Shown: piece after piece, positions 52,701 through 61,700 of the stretch
How the letters are laid out: every line of letters starts with the position of its first letter
Numbering within the stretch: position 1 is the first letter of the stretch
Assembly (NCBI GenBank): GCA_002269645.1
Contig: NIVC01000132.1
Location: 372,001 to 436,000, forward strand
From: Macrostomum lignano
Lineage: Eukaryota
Length of the DNA stretch: 64,000 bases
Direction of reading: 5' to 3'
The notes under the pieces: model-generated
What the model was told of the DNA's origin: nothing
What the model saw: the letters and a program-made list of their open reading frames with translations, nothing else
The model's database searches: none
Made by a program: the position numbers and the translations under genes

Positions 52701-55700
52701 GTAAGTGTGACTGGAACGCACGACGATAAAAGTCAGAGCTCTGGTTCTCAAAGCTCGATGCCACTCGAGTCATCATACCCACCAAAGCACAAAAAGAACG
52801 TGTTCGGAAAGTTCCTGGGTGTTTTTAAGCGACACAGAGGATCGTATAATGTCTCCGACTTGGACACAGCTGGAAACGCGGAAAACGAGGCGAGCTTCCG
52901 TAGGAAGCAATCAAGTCAACTAGCACAGAGAAATGACAGCGAGACTAACGAAACACAAGTGCCGTCAATGTCAAGAGACCCAGTTAGTCAAACAAAAAGT
53001 AGCGAACAGGACAACCAGGAGCAAGTCGGAAGTAGCAGTGCAGCAACAAAAGAAGCTTCGACACAGGATCAGCAACTGTCAATCGAAATTTCGGAGTCCT
53101 CGATCCGAGAGCTTCGTCACGAAAGCCAGTCAGCCGATCTCGCTGAAGAGACCGAGGAAAGCGTTCTTGCTCGAAAGCTGCAGCAGGGTACTGATGCTGA
53201 GCAGCGCGATGAGTCCCTTGGAGCAGAAGTCGACGACATAAAGAACTTGGTGAAGCACCTCGACCAGGACGTCGATGAGGTCCGGATCGAGTACGAGGAC
53301 CAACAGATTTCGATGGAATTGCCGGAGCCCATCATCCACGAGCCTCGCCGCTACGGGCACTCGTTTGATCGCGATAGTCAAATTTCCAAGGAGAGCGATC
53401 GATCCTGGCAGTCAGACGATCTCCTGCATCATATTAGGGACGCACCCGTCGACGAAAGAAACGAGAGTAGGTCGATAGATCTGGCTGAGCCAAAGTCATC
53501 AAAAATAGTAAAACGCTTGTCTTTGGGAAGTGCAGAGTTTCCGCCCATCGAATCAAAAGTAAGGCTGCGACACACATCTGGTGAGAGCTCGGCAAAGAGA
53601 GAAAAACCTCAGACGAGACCCCACAGTGTAAGTGTGACTGGAACGCACGACGATAAAAGTCAGAGCTCTGGTTCTCAAAGCTCGATGCCACTCGAGTCAT
53701 CATACCCACCAAAGCACAAAAAGAACGTGTTCGGAAAGTTCCTGGGTGTTTTTAAGCGACACAGAGGATCGTATAATGTCTCCGACTTGGACACAGCTGG
53801 AAACGCGGAAAACGAGGCGAGCTTCCGTAGGAAGCAATCAAGTCAACTAGCACAGAGAAATGACAGCGAGACTAACGAAACACAAGTGCCGTCAATGTCA
53901 AGAGACCCAGATACAGTTAGTCAAACCAAAAGTAGCGAACAGGACAACCAGGAGCAAGTCGGAAGTAGCAGTGCAGCAACAAAAGAAGCTTTGACACAGG
54001 ATCAGCAACTGTCAATCGAAATTTCGGAGTCCTCGATCCAAGAGCTTCGTCACGAAAGCCAGTCAGCCGATCTCGCTGAAGAGACCGAGGAAAGCGTGCT
54101 TGCTCGAAAGCTGCAGCAGGGTACTGATGCTGAGCAGCGCGATGAGTCCATTGGAGCAGAAGTCGACGACATAAAGAGCTTGGTGATGCACCTCGACCAG
54201 GACGTCGATGAGGTCCGGATCGAGTACGAGGACCAACAGGTTTCGATGGAATTGCCGGAGCCTCCGATCCGAGAGCTTCGTCACGAAAGCCAGTCAGCCG
54301 ATCTCGCTGAAGAGACCGAGGAAAGCGTGCTTGCTCGAAAGCTGCAGCAGGGTACTGATGCTGAGCAGCGCGATGAGTCCATTGGAGCAGAAGTCGACGA
54401 CATAAAGAGCTTGGTGATGCACCTCGACCAGGACGTCGATGAGGTCCGGATCGAGTACGAGGACCAACAGGTTTCGATGGAATTGCCGGAGCCTCCGATC
54501 CGAAAGCTTCGTCACGAAAGCCAGTCAGCCGATCTCGCTGAAGAGACCGAGGAAAGCGTGCTTGCTCGAAAGCTGCAGCAGGGTACTGATGCTGAGCAGC
54601 GCGATGAGTCCATTGGAGCAGAAGTCGACGACATAAAGAACTTGGTGAAGCACCTCGACCAGGACGTCGATGAGGTCCGGATCGAGTACGAGGACCAACA
54701 GATTTCGATGGAATTGCCGGAGCCCATCATCCACGAGCCTCGCCGCTACGGGCACTCGTTTGATCGCGATAGTCAAATTTCCAAGGAGAGCGATCGATCC
54801 TTGCAGTCAGACGATCTCCTGCATCATATTAGGGACGCACCCGTCGACGAAAGAAACGAGAGTAGGTCGATAGATCTGGCTGAGCCAAAGTCATCAAAAA
54901 TAGTAAAACGCTTGTCTTTGGGAAGTGCAGAGTTTCCGCCCATCGAATCAAAAGAAAGGCTGCGACACACATCTGGTGAGAGCTCGACAAAGAGAGAAAA
55001 ACCTCAGACGAGACCCCACAGTGTAAGTGTGACTGGAACGCACGACGATAAAAGTCAGAGCTCTGGTTCTCAAAGCTCGATGCCACTCGAGTCATCATAC
55101 CCACCAAAGCACAAAAAGAACGTGTTCGGAAAGTTCCTGGGTGTTTTTAAGCGACACAGAGGATCGTATAATGTCTCCGACTTGGACACAGCTGGAAACG
55201 CGGAAAACGAGGCGAGCTTCCGTAGGAAGCAATCAAGTCAACTAGCACAGAGAAATGACAGCGAGACTAACGAAACACAAGTGCCGTCAATGTCAAGAGA
55301 CCCAGTTAGTCAAACAAAAAGTAGCGAACAGGACAACCAGGAGCAAGTCGGAAGTAGCAGTGCAGCAACAAAAGAAGCTTCGACACAGGATCAGCAACTG
55401 TCAATCGAAATTTCGGAGTCCTCGATCCGAGAGCTTCGTCACGAAAGCCAGTCAGCCGATCTCGCTGAAGAGACTGAGGAAAGCGTTCTTGCTCGAAAGC
55501 TGCAGCAGGGTACTGATGCTGAGCAGCGCGATGAGTCCATTGGAGCAGAAGTCGACGACATAAAGAGCTTGGTGATGCACCTCGACCAGGACGTCGATGA
55601 GGTCCGGATCGAGTACGAGGACCAACAGGTTTCGATGGAATTGCCGGAGCCTCCGATCCGAGAGCTTCGTCACGAAAGCCAGTCAGCCGATCTCGCTGAA

Positions 55701-58700
55701 GAGACCGAGGAAAGCGTGCTTGCTCGAAAGCTGCAGCAGGGTACTGATGCTGAGCAGCGCGATGAGTCCCTTGGAGCAGAAGTCGACGACATAAATAGCT
55801 TGGTGATGCACCTCGACCAGGACGTCGATGAGGTCCGAATCGAGTACGAGGACCAACAGGTTTCGATGGAATTGCCGGAGCCTCCGATCCGAGAGCTTCG
55901 TCACGAAAGCCAGTCAGCCGATCTCGCTGAAGAGACCGAGGAAAGCGTGCTTGCTCGAAAGCTGCAGCAGGGTACTGATGCTGAGCAGCGCGATGAGTCC
56001 ATTGGAGCAGAAGTCGACGACATAAAGAGCTTGGTGATGCACCTCGACCAGGACGTCGATGAGGTCCGGATCGAGTACGAGGACCAACAGGTTTCGATGG
56101 AATTGCCGGAGCCTCCGATCCGAGAGCTTCGTCACGAAAGCCAGTCAGCCGATCTCGCTGAAGAGACCGAGGAAAGCGTGCTTGCTCGAAAGCTGCAGCA
56201 GGGTACTGATGCTGAGCAGCGCGATGAGTCCATTGGAGCAGAAGTCGACGACATAAAGAACTTGGTGAAGCACCTCGACCAGGACGTCGATGAGGTCCGA
56301 ATCGAGTACGAGGACCAACAGATTTCGATGGAATTGCCGGAGCCCATCATCCACGAGCCTCGCCGCTACGGGCACTCGTTTGATCGCGATAGTCAAATTT
56401 CCAAGGAGAGCGATCGATCCTGGCAGTCAGACGATCTCCTGCATCATATTAGGGACGCACCCGTCGACGAAAGAAACGAGAGTAGGTCGATAGATCTGGC
56501 TGAGCCAAAGTCATCAAAAATAGTAAAACGCTTGTCTTTGGGAAGTGCAGAGTTTCCGCCCATCGAATCAAAAGAAAGGCTGCGACACACATCTGGTGAG
56601 AGCTCGACAAAGAGAGAAAAACCTCAGACGAGACCCCACAGTGTAAGTGTGACTGGAACGCACGACGATAAAAGTCAGAGCTCTGGTTCTCAAAGCTCGA
56701 TGCCACTCGAGTCATCATACCCACCAAAGCACAAAAAGAACGTGTTCGGAAAGTTCCTGGGTGTTTTTAAGCGACACAGAGGATCGTATAATGTCTCCGA
56801 CTTGGACACAGCTGGAAACGCGGAAAACGAGGCGAGCTTCCGTAGGAAGCAATCAAGTCAACTAGCACAGAGAAATGACAGCGAGACTAACGAAACACAA
56901 GTGCCGTCAATGTCAAGAGACCCAGATATAGTTAGTCAAACCAAAAGTAGCGAACAGGACAACCAGGAGCAAGTCGGAAGTAGCAGTGCAGCAACAAAAG
57001 AAGCTTCGACACAGGATCAGCAACTGTCAATCGAAATTTCGGAGCCTCCGATCCGAGAGCTTCGTGACGAAAGCCAGTCAGCCGATCTCGCTGAAGAGAC
57101 CGAGGAAAGCGTGCTTGCTCGAAAGCTGCAGCAGGGTACTGATGCTGAGCAGCGCGATGAGTCCATTGGAGCAGAAGTCGACGACATAAAGAGCTTGGTG
57201 ATGCACCTCGACCAGGACGTCGATGAGGTCGGGATCGAATACGAGGACCAACAGGTTTCGATGGAATTGCCGGAGCCTCCGATCCGAGAGCTTCGTCACG
57301 AAAGCCAGTCAGCCGATCTCGCTGAAGAGACTGAGGAAAGCGTGCTTGCTCGAAAGCTGCAGCAGGGTACTGATGCTGAGCAGCGCGATGAGTCCCTTGG
57401 AGCAGAAGTCGACGACATAAAGAGCTTGGTGATGCACCTCGACCAGGACGTCGATGAGGTCCGGATCGAATACGAGGACCAACAGGTTTCGATGGAATTG
57501 CCGGAGCCTCCGATCCGAGAGCTTCGTCACGAAAGCCAGTCAGCCGATCTCGCTGAAGAGACCGAGGAAAGCGTGCTTGCTCGAAAGCTGCAGCAGGGTA
57601 CTGATGCTGAGCAGCGCGATGAGTCCATTGGAGCAGAAGTCGACGACAAAAAGAGCTTGGTGATGCACCTCGACCAGGACGTCGATGAGGACCGGATCGA
57701 GTGCGAGGACCAACAGATTTCGATGGAATTGCTGGAGCCTCCGATCCGAGAGCTTCGTGACGAAAGCCAGTCAGCCGATCTCGCTGAAGAGACCGAGGAA
57801 AGCGTGCTTGCTCGAAAGCTTCAGCAGGGTACTGATGCTGAGCAGCGCGATGAGTCCATTGGAGCAGAAGTCGACGACATAAAGAACTTGGTGAAGCACC
57901 TCGACCAGGACGTCGATGAGGTCCGGATCGAGTACGAGGACCAACAGGTTTCGATGGAATTGCCGGAGCCTCCGATCCGAGAGCTTCGTCACGAAAGCCA
58001 GTCAGCCGATCTCGCTGAAGAGACCGAGGAAAGCGTTCTTGCTCGAAAGCTGCAGCAGGGTACTGATGCTGAGCAGCGCGATGAGTCCCTTGGAGCAGAA
58101 GTCGACGACATAAAGAGCTTGGTGATGCACCTCGACCAGGACGTCGATGAGGTCCGGATCGAGTACGAGGACCAACAGGTTTCGATGGAATTGCTGGAGC
58201 CTCCGATCCGAGAGCTTCGTCACGAAAGCCAGTCAGCCGATCTCGCTGAAGAGACCGAGGAAAGCGTGCTTGCTCGAAAGCTGCAGCAGGGTACTGATGC
58301 TGAGCAGCGCGATGAGTCCATTGGAGCAGAAGTCGACGACATAAAGAACTTGGTGAAGCACCTCGACCAGGACGTCGATGAGGTCCGGATCGAGTACGAG
58401 GACCAACAGATTTCGATGGAATTGCAGGAAGCGTCTTCAGGGCAAGAGAAAGCTTCAAGTGATCTTGAAAAAGGCACTAACGAAATTAGTTTTCCAAGTG
58501 AAGCCATAGATATAGTACGCTGCCTTGAGTTCAATGATAATCCTAACACTAGCGTGCCATCTTATATTTATGCAAAGCCGACTATAAAAGAAGGCATGGA
58601 TCCGATGAGTAAGTTGGATTTCACTTGTCTAGACGACACGTCGACAGATATTTCAAATAGAACCCCAGCAGCTGCAGGTGTCGAAAACGTGACTTTTCAA

Positions 58701-61700
58701 ACTGAAAGGTCAGTCAAAGGCTTGCTCGACAGGAACCTAGCTGAAGAATCGGATAAATCAACTGCATCGCACGCCAGTCAAAACAGTCCTGAATTTGAAG
58801 GAGCCTCCCCTCTGTCAGAGACCGCGTCATTGGATCAAAATCACAGTTTGTCTGTACACACTGTCACTCAGGGAGGCTTTCAGCCAGAACACATTGAATC
58901 AGAAGAAGAAAAAACGTGCTTTAAAGATGCTCACAGCGAGGATAAGCCGTTTGACTCAAATACTAACAGTAGCGTGGTAGATACTGTTTCACCCTCGAGT
59001 ACTGTCTCTCACTACTACGACAACCAGCCTTCACGCAAGTCGTACAGCTTAGAAGAATCGAATTCGCCACGTTCCAACAACGAAAATTTGCGGGATTCTT
59101 CACCTCTAAGCAACGATAGCAAACTCTCGAATGATAAGGCACTTGTCCAAACCGAGGTTCAACAAGCAGAGCTTAAACAAGAGCAAGCAGAAAATTCTTC
59201 AGATCCTGAATTGAATGCAATTGAGATAAGTGCCGCTACAACTGCGCATGAAATCAGTTTGCCAAAAGTGCTCGATGGAACCCCAACACTGGTGCGCCAA
59301 GAGTGTGAATCCAGAGAATCGCTCCAGTCAGTAATCGAGTCTGCCAGTTCTGCAGCAGAAGGCGCCGACACAGGCACTCGTGGCCAGTTGGATGATGTTG
59401 TCCAGCAGCCGGGTCGCCTGTCTGCCAGTGAGGACGAGGACAGCGAGGCGGACAATGACGAGCCTCCGTACTTCTTTGATGGCGGCAGTGTAAGCTTTTT
59501 TTAATCTACTAAATTATTTTTGTTTCAGTATGCATCGTCTCTTTTGGGGGGGGGGGGGCGTAGCCCAGCGGTCTAGCGCAGGCTCTGGTGTGCCAGCGAC
59601 CCAGGCTCGATTCCAAGTGCAGTCACATTAATTTGGGGCTAAATTGGAATCTCGGCTTGGCTCTGCTCGTGCAATTAACGGCCTTGAGAGCCAACCCCCC
59701 AAGGCGCAGTGAAGTGTACATGCCTAACGATAATATAAAGTTAGGGCCGCTGTACACTCCTGTGTGAGTGTGTGCCTGCGTACGTATCCGCGCTTGTATG
59801 CCTGCTCAGGGGAGTCGGCGGAATGGGCAGTAATGCCTCTCGCCGGTTGTGTGTTGATGTCGCTTAAAGTGCGCCAGGGTGCACACAACCCATTTGCCTC
59901 TAATAAAAAATGCGTTACCTTAAATGTGCCTCGCAAGGGCGCCTATAGTAAATGATTTAGTATATTCGAAGATATTGAGAAGCAATAGTTTCAAAGGGTG
60001 AATAAGATTTTCCCGCTGAGGTTTACGAAGGAAATATACTACGATATTTTTATTTAGATGATGAGATGAGATTTAGTTGATGAGACAAACTAATGGGAAA
60101 AATATCGTCGGAAAAAATTCTTTGCATGAAATTTTAATGCTCCAGCTTTAAAGCAATGCCTCTAAAAGCGATTTTCTTGTAACTCCTTCATAGATTGCCG
60201 CTAATCAGACCAACGCTACGCTCAATTCCAAATGGACCGAGCAGAGCAAATTACGGGATGGCCGCAGTCCGGAGCCGATCGGTCCAAACACGCATGTCGA
60301 AGAAGCAGACCACCATGCCATAATGTCCAACGGCACTGATGTTATGATTTCGACACTAGCCAAGATGCCTGGAGCGAATCAGAAGCCATCCAGGGCTCAA
60401 GACGCTGCCAAGTTCGGAGTATTTCGATACAGTTCCTATAACTTGCAAGGCGCCAGCGGATTTGTGAAAGGTGACCGTCTGGCCTCCGGTTGCAGCAGCG
60501 AAACTGACGGCAGCAGCAGCGACGACAGCAGCAGCTGTAGCGAAGATTCGTTCAAACAGCGACTGGCTAAGAAGTTCTCAGCTGAGCCAGCATCGTTAAG
60601 GTTGAGTAGGCGGCAAGTCAACTGGAAAAAGCCCTCTGGAGACCACTGGCAAAGCGAGGCGTTTAACAGCCCGAGCGGGGACGGGCCTCGAGCCGGCTCA
60701 GACAGAGAGCTCAGCAATTCTCTGCAATTCGGCGACGGCAGCCATGGGGACACTCTGGAGTTCCAGCTGACGAACGAATCTGCCATTGAAGATTTGGAGC
60801 GGCGAAAAAATGCCAAAGGATTCTCAACTCTGAAGCCGGTAAGAGTTCTTTTAGATAGGAAATCGAGGGATAGCAAGGATGTAACCTAAATGGGATATCT
60901 CGGGATAGGAAATCGAGGGATAGCAAGGATGTAACCTAAATGGGATATCTCGGGATAGGAAATCGAGGGAGAACAATGATGTGACCTAGATCGAATGTCT
61001 CGGAATAGGAAATCGAGGGAGAACAAGGATGTGACCTAGATGGAATATCTCAGAATAGGAAATCGAGGGAGAACAAGGATGTGACCTAGATCTAGGTGGA
61101 ATGTCTCCGAATTTTTTTTCAACCAGTCCGACAAGTTGTCGATAACAGTCGGTTCGGTATGGAGCTTTACTTTGGGCTGCATTCCGGCGAATAAGTTGAA
61201 AGCTCCTTTACCTGTGATATTCTACAGGTGACATGAAGCTATATATATATTTTTGAACTATACAGATAATTCCATTCCGAGCGCGACTCCCAGTGCAAAT
61301 ACGGTATGGACACAGCATTGTGATTTACGGCCGAATGACCAACTACTCTTCAGCTGGGTGAGACTAACTGTTAAAATGTATCTTTAAATATAGTTTTTCA
61401 TGCGCTGAACAAGCGTTTAAAATATTGGTAAAAATCACACTGCTGCTCTTCAGGCTTAAATTGTCTTTGGAAAATCTCGATTACTCGCCCGGTGCCCAGG
61501 CCTTCGAGTTGCTGATTTCCTTCCCTGGCGGAGCCGACCAGCCGTCGCTGATGCACACCTGCCAGCTAATTGGGGGGCAACCCGTCTGCGAGGCGAAGGC
61601 GCTGCTGTCACCAAAGCAGAACGACGAGTTTCGTCTGGTGATTTGTTTCAAGCGACTGGGACTCAGCGTAAGATTTCTAACCTTACTTCTTGGGCATCTG

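Noticed and set aside
24832-58549. Numerous 65-117 aa ORFs and the 508-aa antisense ORF at 56932-58458
   Set aside because: They are shadow frames of the coding repeat and recur with the repeat period.
59553-59630. Functional tRNA gene
   Set aside because: The acceptor, anticodon and T stems do not pair; it is treated as a SINE head.
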